Below are positions 24,482 to 36,200 of a stretch of 60,000 bases of DNA, piece by piece. The notes below the pieces were generated by a model. That model did no database searches. It was not told where the DNA came from and saw only the letters and a list, made by a program, of their open reading frames with translations. The first letter of the stretch is position 1. Every line of letters begins with the position of its first letter. Position numbers and translations under genes: made by a program. The DNA is from Amphiscolops sp. MND2022 (Eukaryota): NCBI GenBank assembly GCA_964187785.1, contig OZ076409.1, positions 30,258,001 through 30,318,000 on the forward strand, read 5' to 3'.

Positions 24482-25213
24482 ATGAACAACTTGTTAGACA
24501 TTTACGAACTAATCGACATCTCGTCATCAAGCGATGAGGAAGGCGAAATAACAAGATCGTCCACCCCAATACCTAGAGACAGCAGGGCCTACCCGGGGTT
24601 GGTCATCGAAATTCTGAACTCATCAGCAGAGGCGACCGCAGACGAAGAAGAATGCCTCGACCTATCGGTAAACTCACTAGAAACAGAATGCAAGAAAATG
24701 AAGCTGAGTGAGTCGTTCTCTAGTTTTGAAACTGTAGAATCGGGACAATACCCCCACTCTGAGTTGACCGAAGAAGTTATTGCTGACTCCCCGGAAAGCC
24801 CTGATGAAAGCTTGTCTTCGGACATATTCATAGTAGAAGCCCCAGCTGTACAAACCGAATCAGTAACAAGTAGCAAAGTAGCCGAATATCTGGAGAAGGT
24901 GCATCAAGAAGACGCCTCTTCATACTTTGTCACGCCACCTGGTCCACTGAGAAGAATAAATCAGCTGACAACCAGTCCTCTAAACGATCTGGAGGAGCCG
25001 AAATTAACGCTAGACAAAGTCAAGGAAAACTACACTCACGAAAAGCACCTGCGCCAGGCGTTCGACTTCTATCAACCCGGTAAAGCCGTTCGTCCCATGA
25101 CAGTGGCCCTGTCACAGTCCGCTCCCGGACTGGATTGCGGATTCAGGAGAGTTGGCTCTGGGCGTGGACATGGGTGCACCGCAAGACTCACGAAGAGGTA
25201 TTTTGGCTATTAA
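24482..25213 (+). CDS. Acidic Ser/Glu-rich accessory ORF (243 aa) overlapping the 3' LTR
   Basis: Intact ATG-started ORF; last ~34 codons lie in the 3' LTR; no signal peptide or transmembrane segment visible. Confidence 0.65.
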   Translation: MNNLLDIYELIDISSSSDEEGEITRSSTPIPRDSRAYPGLVIEILNSSAEATADEEECLDLSVNSLETECKKMKLSESFSSFETVESGQYPHSELTEEVIADSPESPDESLSSDIFIVEAPAVQTESVTSSKVAEYLEKVHQEDASSYFVTPPGPLRRINQLTTSPLNDLEEPKLTLDKVKENYTHEKHLRQAFDFYQPGKAVRPMTVALSQSAPGLDCGFRRVGSGRGHGCTARLTKRYFGY

Positions 25214-27645
25214 CTCGAACTCTAACTAAATTTAAATAAACTGTGACTTGAAATGCAATAATACTTTTGCCTAGCAAAAATTCCAAATAAAACTAGTGAA
25301 CGCGTTCTAGATTTTTCATGCTCTCGCAAAATTGAATGAAACAGTACCGGAAATGTAAAATACACATTTACCGCGCGCAAATTTGAGCGGAAATGAAATA
25401 AGGAAGCAAAATAATCCAAAAATGATTTCACGCATGTTTGGCTGGACGAGCCAGCCACGACAAATGAAACATTCACAACCTGAAAATTAGAATAAAACTA
25501 TCCCAAGAATAAAGAGACCATAAGCTAATCTAAACGAAAATACATCAAAACTAATCCCGAGAAAATACATTTCATTCGGACCTAAAACAGGAAATTACAG
25601 TGAGACAACACACCGTGGTGATTAAGCCTTTTCTGAGAAAGACAGCTTAATTACTCTTTGAACAGCAATTAAAGTGATTTAGGACGTCAATACTGCGCTG
25701 AGTAAACAAAGCGGCAAAGGAAACAAGAATACATGTATATTTGTCGTTAGTAGGACGCAGACAAGTTTGAAGGCATACCAATTGACGTCACTGCCTCGCA
25801 TATGCATTCCAGAAAATCATTCCAATTATCCGCCTATACTAATAGCATTGCTAGAAATCATTCCAATTTACCGCCACTGTGACGTCACTGCTCCGGCAGC
25901 TAGCGAGAGATTCATTTCTAAAATACTCGTCAGCATTGCGTCAAACTAGTCAAAATCTCTATTCTGCCAAGAAAACTCGTCAACATGACGTTGACAAGTT
26001 CATGAAGCTTAAATTCTGCCAAGAAAACTCGTCAACATGACGTTGACAAGTTCATGAAGCTTAAATTCTGCCAAGAAAACTCGTCAACATGACGTTGACA
26101 AGTTTATGAAATTGAATAAAGTGAACGAATTTGCCGAATTTAGTCAAGTTTTCATCGCGCAAATGCCGTTATTTCCTAAGGAGAGAAAATTGCAGACTGT
26201 TGCAAATTGTATAACGAATACATTGTTGATTTTCCATGGTTTAAGGTCCCAATTTAGAATGAGTATTGACACATGTAGGATAATTTCAACCTCACGTTAA
26301 GTAACGATCATGTATCCTTAACAATAAAGAAATTTACGTGCATAAATCATCTTATTACAAGATTTCGCAGTAGATTAATGAGGAAGTCACAGTTTATTCT
26401 CTCCAACTAAAAAGCATATTGTGTACCAGAAATGTATTTTTCATATATTTTGCATTATTTTTGTACTCTACAACATTGAACGTCGTGCTTGTGAGTGTGA
26501 TCATGTTTTTCTATATTAGTACATCCGTTGCTGTCTAGTTATTTACGTTGTGTTGGTGTTGTTATTTAACAAACGTTGTTGTTAATTTTGTAAATTTTGT
26601 CGTGTTTGACACGACATGACAAGGTTGCTAACAAAGTATTATTTTCATATCATGATTTCATTCCCATCTCTAGCAAAAGATTGAATCCAAATTCATAAAA
26701 TATCGTCCCAGCATCGTTCAAATATTCCTATTTTGGAATTAGTCATAGCATTTTTATCAAAGCGAAATTCAAAATCAAGTATTTGTTGTTCACGTCAGTG
26801 TCATCTCAGCGTCAATTTCCCGCGAACCAAAGCAGTAAAACAGGGAAGCATTTCCGGTTTGACAGACTGAAGTAATATCTACTTCCTGCTTGGGAGGAAG
26901 CAAAAGGACGCCGGGATGAAATGATATGATCATGTTTGATGACTAATACTATTTTAAAGTTGCCGTGTCTTAAAAATCGACGAAATGTCAGCGCAAATTT
27001 GGGAACTTCGTGATTTTTTCATCGATAAAACAGGAAATGACTAATTGTTCGAAGGAAATTAGGGATTATGGTCGTGATCAAATGATGCTGGGAGGGTATA
27101 AATATGATAGGATTTGATGATTAAGGGACTCAGTCTTTTGCAATTGTACAATTCAGTTGAATTTTCAATTTCACTCTCGCCTTGTTCTGCTTTGTCAGAA
27201 AAATCTTTGAAAGAAATTCAATTCTTCAAGTTCAAACTTTTCTACAAAATGTCAACAACAAGAAGCCAAAAAAGAAGGAACGATCAGCAAAGCACCAGTG
27301 AGAACGTAAGTGAAGGCTTGATTTCACCCATAGTAGTAGGAAATCCTTGTTCTTTGAATCAGGACGATGAGGTAGCGGGGCCTTCTAAACCAAAATCCCC
27401 CCGGATTGAGAATAGTCTCTTTGAAAGCTTGAGGGCTTCCTTAAAGGAGGAAATAACGTCAGAGATTAAGAATCTTCTTATTGAATCCCAGAAGGAGATG
27501 TTGAAACTCCTTAAACCTGAAACAAGAGGGATCATTAGAGAAAATACCGAAGAAGAGGTAGAGGAGGAAACTAGAAGTTTCTATACTCCTACAAAATCAG
27601 TGAGAATAAGTTCAACTCAAAACGACCCGATAGCATGTCGTAACA
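25110..27645 (+). repeat. 3' LTR (2536 bp)
   Basis: Near-identical copy of 11191-13723, followed by the TSD CACAT. Confidence 0.97.
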
Positions 27646-27677
27646 CACATGCTGTCAGATTTGGCGATACTTGCTTG

Positions 27678-28205
27678 TTTTTAGTCGGCGCCTTTTCCCT
27701 TAAGGAAAAAAGCCCGACTATTACAGTGGGTAGTTTTTTTTCTTTTTCAGCCTACAATCTCACTCTGAATGGTCCACTTTTTACAATTTGTTCATCTTTC
27801 ATATTTGTTCATCTTCCAAGCCGGAGAGCGGGGGTTCGATTCTCGCACTAAACCATAATATTTTTATGCTTCCAAAAGTACAGCAGGTGAGACCAAAGGG
27901 TCCCCCCTTTGGGTTTTTTTCGGCACTATGCGACTTTTTTTTCGAAAATTTTCGGATTCTATCAAAAGGTAACCCCTTGCATTTTTTTGAAGTTTTCGGT
28001 TTTTAAAAACGTTTAATGAGCCTGAATGGCCTCTTTTTGAGTTTTTCGGCATTGTGCGACTTTCTAAAAAATACTTTTTTCGAAAAAAAAATTTTCAAAA
28101 ATTTTTTTGAAAAAAACTAATTTTTCCAAATGTTTCCAATAGTTGTTCTTTGAATATTTTTGAGCCTTAGATATGGCGCCGACTTGAGACGATCCCGTCT
28201 TGTTG
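27678..28205 (+). mobile_element. HINE-like non-autonomous element, subfamily B
   Basis: TTTTTAGTCGGCGCC...CCCGACT start; GGCGCCGACTTGAGACGATCCCGTCTTGTT end; tRNA-like remnant CTTCCAAGC...GGTTCGATTCTC at ~27813-27846. Confidence 0.65.
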
Positions 28206-28770
28206 ATCATACTGCAACCGCACATAATTTCTATATCTTTATCCTAATTTTCACCAGGCTCGAAACCGCACAAATTTATTCCATTGTGCTGTATGCTTCA
28301 GGAAACCGCATTGGTCCTTTAATTATGCTGGTTTCTGTTGTTCATAAATTCTAGAATCTGTTTTCCCATGAAGACCGCATAAGACTATTCTTTCATGCTG
28401 TTTTCTTTTCAAACTATCTTGAATTCTTTCCACTATGCTGTTTTATTCCAAAACAGCATAAGTTGATTCGCCTCGCTGTTTTTTCCCCGAACAACGTAAA
28501 TTCATTCTACTATGCTGTTTTTCTTCCAAAACTCTCCAAAACAGCGTAAAATCATTATACTATGCTGGGTTTTTTTCCAAAACAGCATAAATTCAATCTT
28601 TCTCGGTTATGTGCACAATCTGATTTCACATTGTTTCACACAGCACAATAGTGTCACATCGTTGTATAGGATTCCCAGTGTCACGCTGTTTTTGTCTGAT
28701 TTCCGCATAATCCGTATTGACTGTGTCGTAATCTGTTTTTCAGCCTATGCTGTGTCCAAAAAGTGGCATA
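28206..28770. repeat. Degenerate CCGCAT/ATGCTGTTTT motif array (LTR U3-like)
   Basis: Same short motifs as at 4480-4800 and 7680-8090. Confidence 0.4.
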
Positions 28771-30279
28771 ATGAATCATTACTCAGGATTTTTTCTCGAA
28801 TAAATTAGTTCAACAGAATTTTTACAGTTTGACTGTCTTTTTCAGGCTATTTTCTGTTTGGAGTACACTCACACGGACTTGATAATTGTTTTGGAGCAGT
28901 TATATCAGACCTGGAGCAAAGTAGTCTCACCTCAGTGTCATGATCGGTTGAATGCCTTCAAGTAACATTTGAAGAGAGTAATTATTATTTTTTTGTTTGT
29001 ACTTCTCAGTTTATGTCTTCTTTCCTACGAGTATTGTGTTTTTTTTTCAACCTAAGAGTCTTTAGAAACTTTCTTCAAAGACAAAACTTATGCTGCCACA
29101 TTGTTCCTCATCCGAAATGTTCTTCTTCATTGAAAGTTTATCCTTTTATGTTTCTTTCCTTCCGTAATTTCATAGTTACTTTCTCATTTGTTGTTGTTCA
29201 GACCATTCTGCTTTCAAAATTGTGAACGGGGCATCAGCAGACAAATTCAAGATATGCAATGCATATGCTTTCTTCGCTTATAGCCAGCTGCAGGTAAGCC
29301 TTCCAGATTATTTTCTCCTTGACATATTTGACTGGGACCGCTTCTTCTCTAATGACCTTTCTTCTCCTGATCTGCCTCGAAAGACATCAGCGGAGTCTTG
29401 CAAAAGAAAATGCGTTCTTCTACTGGAACATAGTCTCCAAAAACCGAAACTAGTCATCCGAGTCAAACTAGAATATAGTCATGAGTCGCACTTACCAGCC
29501 GATTGTTCGGTTCAGCAACGTTGGATCACTCCTCCCACTAAGCCTCTTTCATATTAGAGAGTACAACTTTTTTGTGGAGAGATTCCGATCCAGTGAGGTT
29601 AGTTGTGAAGGGAATCGGGTCACATTCATGTTTGGCTAATTGTCACAAAAGTTTTTTCATTAATTTAATGTATGCTGACTAGGACTCTTTAATGCTCGCT
29701 AGCTTCCTGCTTATTTTCTCTTTCTTGGCCACCCTTGCTTCTAGCCTCAGCTAGTTCGAGTCCTGTGTTAAAGGGTTGCAATCTTCTCTTTCTGTAGTTC
29801 ATCTTGTCACTGCACTTTCCTCCAACACTCGGACAGTAGCACCAGTCTTCTCTCTGCTCGGAAGTGGTCGAGCCTTTCTGGAAGATCAGGATTTCTGTGA
29901 CGACGTCGATTGCCTAACCGGTTCGAGTACCGTTATGCTTGCACAATTATCGAGAAGGAATAACTATGGGTATCTGTGCAGTCGCCCTCTCAAACAACCT
30001 CCCCCACTGGTTCTGAAACTGGCCGTAAATTTGTCGCTTATTCTCCAGTTCGCTGTGAAACTAGTACTGTTTTGCTGGGAAAAAAACCACGACTCTGTTT
30101 CGTTCTCTCGCTACTCTTGTTTTATCTGTGCCACGTTTCGTGTTCGATGTGCTGTTTTTGCCTTCTCCTGAGCCAACTTCCATGAAGCGGGTCATAAAGA
30201 AGAAGCATTCAGAAGAAGGGTATTTCCGTCTCTTGTGTATCGTCGTTTGGGTTCAAGATTAAGCAATAGTCCTCTGTTG

Positions 30280-32800
30280 TTAGAGGTGCCGCTTTTGCAT
30301 TTTCATCGTAGTACGGTTTATATTTAAGGTTACATTGCACTATATTTTTTCCGTCTGGTCGTCAAGTAATGCAGTTCGTCGTTGAACTTCTTCTGCTACC
30401 CCAGTTTGAGGTTGATAGCGAGAATTTGGGTTGTCCCCAAGTTTAAAGTCCAAGATATCAAGTAAAATTCTTCCATGGAAGACTCGTGTCCGTTCACATC
30501 CGAGAATTGCATAGTACGTAGTTTTGTGATTTGAGAAAACCGTTGGTAGAAATTTGTGCCAGCTATTTCTGAATTCTCCTGTTTCCGGCTTTTAGGTGTG
30601 CTTTAACTCAAGCATGCGTACGTTCTAACAGTCCAATTGTTTGGTCATGTTTTGTTGTGGCATGTTTAAGTTCCACGTGTAAGACTCCGGCTACTTTTGT
30701 TTAGTAATCTGTGAGTTGAATTGGGTTACCATGTCAGTGATTTTTGTCGTTGACAAATATTTGTCTTTGCTCAAAGAGTCCATGATGATCCTTGCAACTG
30801 CTGTGGCAGTTATTCTTGTTACTTGATAAGCAAACAAATAGCGTGAAAAAACGTCTATCGCTCTGATGATGTTGCCCCATCCTCCCATATGCAAGATATT
30901 CGCTGGGCCCAGGTCTAGTTGAGGACAATTGTTCAGTTTTGAGGAGGTCAATATTGATTCTTTGTGTTGAATGCACATTTGACATTTTGTTACCCATGTT
31001 CGGATGTAATTGGCAATGCATGGGTAGTAGTATTCCTGTCATGCTCCTTCGATCATCCTTGTGATTCCTGGATGACTTGCAGTTAGCCCATGTAGGTCTA
31101 GAACATGTAGGAATTTTATCTAGGAGTTGTTTGGGTGAAAGGATTTGGTAATGTGAGATCCAGCCTGTAACATCGTAGTATCCTCTTGATAGAGCATCTT
31201 GTCTGATTTCAACCCGAGTTTTATTTTGCAGGTAGTGTTTGTATCAGTAGTCCTCTGTGATTTTTTTCATCGAAAACTTCACCCTCGAATTTGGCTCGTA
31301 GATTGTGTAGAGCTTGGTAATTAGTTTATTTCGAGCGGATGTTGCCATTCTCTTTGAAGTGTCTTTTTCTGTAATTGGTTGTACCTGCTGTGGGTTTATG
31401 AAAGTTCTGAAGTTCTTAGACTTCGCTTTTTGGGTCTTTGTGGGTTTTCCTTTAGCTTTTTTACGTAATGTTTCCTTTTCTTCCCACAGTTGTTGATCTG
31501 TGTGGGTTTCTGGTAGTATGTAGGTAGTAAGTAGAGGAGTTATTCCTCAGCAACACCAGCAAATTGTATATTCACTTCTATTGCTTTTGTTGTAACATCG
31601 TTTCGTATGTTTAATTCAATTTTTTCGGTGGAGACTGCACTGGAGCACGTCGTTGCAAGCATTCTCAAGTGGTGGTGGTATTATTTTGATTTGGAAAACG
31701 CGTGTTACTGAACGGTTATCCGTACAAACGATAACAAGAATACCACTTCCCCTTATTACATGTGGGAATTCGGAAAATGCAAAATAAAATTTCAATACTT
31801 TTTTGCGTATATTGAGTTTTTCAGTTGTGTTGCGTGAATGTTTTTGAACCAAAAGCAATCGGGGCATTTTTTTCTCTGCTGGATTGGAGCTTTTGGTTAG
31901 GATCATCTTCGATCATGATGCCATATCCAGCTGCGTTAAAGCTCGCATCAGTCATCATACCAGGTTGTTCAGGCGTTGGGAACCAGTATGTTGCTTGTTC
32001 ATCCCGTGGTTGGTCAACTTCCACCAGTTGGTTGAGATACACATCAGCGTTTTCCATGTGTTGATGCAATATGATGGTGAGAGTCGATGGATCAGCGGGT
32101 TTGATGTGTTTGATTTCTCCTGGAGTTAGGACTCGGAAAACTGCCATATAGGTGTCGATTGGAAGAGTATAAGGCATATCCGAGAAGTTCGGATGCGGTA
32201 ACTCACTCCACTGTTTTTGATGATTGCCTTGTGGTCTATCAAATGCCGCATTTTGGTGGATATTGCTAGAGTTTCTCCATGTTGAAGGGTGTAGGTAGTT
32301 TCTGTCAGCAGAAATGTCGATGCTCGGGTATTGGGGTTGTGTTCTGGGCGTAGTTGAAATAACAGTATTGGGAATGTTATGGGACTTTGTCGAATGTCTC
32401 TGTAGGAAGCACAACCCAAGGAGTGGATTCGGTAGTGTCTTCATCATGGTGTAGTTTTTTTGGAATCGGAAGTCTACTACTTCGAATTCAAGGAGGAAAA
32501 GTTCAATGGGGCAGTCAAGTGGCTGACCGTTTGTTACCATGATTTGAAAATCCGGTGCTGGTCCAGTGTCCTAAATTGCTTTATCGGATAGAAGTTTAAC
32601 TTTAATAGGATCGAATTGAGAAATGGAGCTAGTGAAGGCGCTTGTGTCAATGAGTCCATCTAAAATTAGTTGCTCGAAGTCCATTGGGAAAACGTACATG
32701 TGGCGTTTCTTTTTGAAAGTCAGATTTAGGGAATGATTCAAATACATGATATTACTGCCTTCTTCCGTGGTGAGATGACTGAAAACATCATTGTCAAGAA
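30280..32800 (-). pseudogene. pol: Decayed Gypsy pol related to the main element, RT deleted
   Basis: GLIDTSA protease, WFPTPE, MTDASFNAAGYG, APIAFGSK, TDNRSVTR, AIDVFSRYLFAY integrase motifs; many frameshifts and stops. Confidence 0.88.
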
Positions 32801-33249
32801 GAGGTTGTTTCATAGGTGATGCACAAAACAGGGTCCAAAATGGGCACAAGAGACTTTTTCAAGTCAGAAATCTCTGTTGTGAGAATTATAAGCTAGCAGA
32901 GCAAAAAAATATGGAAGTATAAGAGATATTTAACAAGAGAATTTCGATAAGATAAGAGCCAAGGACGAAGAATAAGAGAAAAGAAGACAGACTTCACAAG
33001 TGTAGGAGAATTATAAGCAAAGAGAAGCTTAGAGAAATAGGAAAAGATGGGAAGCTACAAGTAAAAGAACAGAAGGAGAGTAGGAAAAGGAGGAGATAGA
33101 GAAGAAGAGAAAGGATGAAGGAAGAGAGAGGGCGAAGGTCTGCCAATTGGCAGGAGTTTCGATCTCCAGCTGTATCAAAACAGTACAGCATATTTGCCAG
33201 TGGTACTTGAGGGTGTATATTCCGGTCTCTGGTGATCCTGGAAAAGACA

Positions 33250-36200
33250 TGGTTATTCATTGTTTTCTTTATGTCTGAAAATTTTTCCTCAATTTCATCC
33301 TCTATTCATCCTCAATTTTATAATCTTGATTTCCCTCTACTCATTTCTCCTACAACACCTATGATTCTAATAGTAAAGATAAAAGCCTTAACCTTCCCCC
33401 TCCTATTCGTCCTTACGCCAAACAAAACCCTCTACCTCCTTCCATCGACACCACTTCTAACGTTTCTCTACAAACTCTTCCTTCTCTATTTCTAAATTTT
33501 TCTCCCTCTCTATCTCAAACCACCACAATCACTACCAAGCCTTCTCCTTCTCCTACACCCAACCAATACACTACTCCTTCTAACACTCCACCTGTGCTAC
33601 TCTCTAACACTGCACAACTCCCAGTTTATCAAATTCAAACCATACCTCCAAGCCATCTTTCCTTGAACAATACTCTTACTACTCAACCCTCCTCCCAAAA
33701 TACTCCGACATATTTCCCACAGAATCCTTCTTTAATTAATCAAAACCCTCTGTCATCTGTACCTATATCGCAAAATCTTTTTAATTCCCAACATTCTACC
33801 TCTAACCCCCCGTCTACATCATATTACCCAAATGTCTCACTTCATCCTGGATTTCCAAATTATCCCACAATTTCTTTCCAACCTCCTAATCTTCATCCTA
33901 ATCCTCTTCCACCATCTATTTCTGCATTACCCTTTAACCCTGCTTCTTCCTACCCTCCTCCACTACTTCAAATGACTCCTTCCGTTCCTTCTGCTGCCCT
34001 CTCAGACCCTATAAAATTTTTCGATGGCTTGCTTAGATCACACTTATCCTCCTGAAAAATTCTTAGCCCATCTTAGTGCTCGTGTAACATTTCAACTTGG
34101 TCCCCAACCTATTGATCTCCAATCAAATTTAACCTGGCCTTCTCGACGTATGTCCCTCCTCTATTGTTCTTTATCAGGAGCTGCCTCTAATTGGAAAGAG
34201 GCCTCCCACAAGTGTATAAAGATGATTGATCATCCTTTCTCCAAATTTTTAAGAAACAATTCGCTTCTCAAAAACACGCACACCAAGCTCAAATTGAAGC
34301 TTTTTCCTTTGTCAAAACGGATAATGAAATTGTTCGTCACTAAGCTCTCAAAGTTGAAACCCTTGTTAAACAAGGCTGGTATAACGAAGATCCATCCACC
34401 AATAACCTTAAATGCAATGAAATTTTCACCCGTGGTCTTCCCAAAAAATTAAAAGGTTTTGCCAATAAACGCCAAGTTAAACACATTTCAAGTTCGCTGG
34501 AACCTTCTATTCCTTTTCACTTTCTTGTCAATATGGTTGACTCTGAAGACATTATACTTGAAAAGAATAAAACTCAAGAACTTTCTCTTGAAATTAACAA
34601 TCTTTCCAACACCTTCCAACAAAACACAACTATCCAAGATACTCCCCCGGAACCTCCACAAATTCAAGTAGTGGATCCTAATATTGAATCCAAACCCCAT
34701 TTTAAAAAATGTTGTTCTTTTTGCCGCAAAAACAATCACTCTGTTTCAACCTGCTTACGTAGACTCAATATGCTTAAAGAATCTAAACCACAATCTCGAT
34801 CCCCAACTCCTTCCTTTTAGCAACATTGTAAGACACCTTCCAATAAACCTCAATATTCACGCTACCGTAATAGAAGTAACAGTAACTCTTACCGTAGATC
34901 TTCCCGTGATACCAGAGATAAATCTCGTTCTTACTCGCGCTCACATTCTCGTCCTAGATTCAATGATAAATCTTACCCTCAAAATTTTTTCTCCCTACGT
35001 AATCGATCTAGACATGAGAGACATTATCACCAATCCCCCCTCAAATCCTTTTTTTCTGTTTCACGTCCATTTTATAATTCCACCTCTTCTCGTAGTCCAT
35101 CCAAATATTATTCTCGTGAACGCTAATCTAGTTATAAAAACGCCTCTTTTAAACGATACAAAAACTCTCCTTACCGTCCTCCATCTAAACCACGTAATGA
35201 TCGCTTCCGTACTAGATCGCATTCAAACTCAAAAAACTACTCTAATTTTCAATGTAAACCCTCTAATAATCTAACTCACCCATCTACACCACTTCTTCAA
35301 AGTAAATCTCCTACAGAACACAAATTTGAAATTAATATGTACCACCCTACTACTTCTTCATCACAATATTTCTCACTCTCCACTGAACATGCTAACGCTA
35401 TTACGCCTTCAACTTGGTTTGTCAATTTATATATTTTCAAACCCACTGAAGATACTTCGCTCCCTTCCAAATCAGAACTGCTATTTTTACTTGATAGTGG
35501 TGCATTTATCTGTGTTTTAAACTTACCCACCTTTACAATTTTAGCCGATCACTTTCTGAAGTGTTCAAAAAATTCTCCTCATAAAGATGAATTCAAAACT
35601 TTAACTGTCGCTAAAAAAACTGAAGTACCTATATTATACAATGTCATCCTCATCCTCCGCACTTCTATCCATGGAAGTACCCGCACACTTGTTATTCCTT
35701 TTGTAGTAGCAAACATCAAATACAATATTCTTGGAACTCTTTTTTTTGAAAAGTATGTTAAAACCCTTAATTTTGAAAACATGTCTCTTACATTTAACAC
35801 TCCTCATGATTCTCGTGTGAACACTCTTCCTTTTACATCTCATAAAGAAAAAGATTACCCGTCTTTCTCTTGTATATACACCATCAAAGTTGAAAATGAA
35901 ATCTATTTTAAACCAAACGCCTCTCAACTTATGCATTTTCCAATTCAACCAACTCTTCCTTTAACTTTTCAAAACTTCTGATAACGAAGTTATGTTTCCT
36001 TTTACACCTCAACCATTCTTTAATACACGTTTCAATTCTACTTTTAATTTTCTCCAGGTATATCAAAATATTAAAACTGAACCTAATAGTTGTTCCGTTA
36101 TTATTCAAAATATCACTCATCATTCTGCCATTCTCAACCCCGGATACATCGGATACATCGATGTCCCCGCAACTAATATTAAAACTCTCCACTACCTAGT

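Larger units (their letters stand above)
11191..27645 (+). mobile_element. Full-length Ty3/Gypsy LTR retrotransposon (16.5 kb) with accessory genes
   Basis: Two TG...CA direct repeats, 5-bp TSD CACAT (11186-11190 and 27646-27650), PBS, gag, and pol in PR-RT-RH-IN order. Confidence 0.97.

Noticed and set aside
24482..25213. env gene
   Set aside because: No signal peptide, furin site plus fusion peptide, or transmembrane helix visible
27114..27851. 245-aa ORF as an independent gene
   Set aside because: It is the 3' LTR copy of the gag N-terminus reading into flank and a HINE-like element
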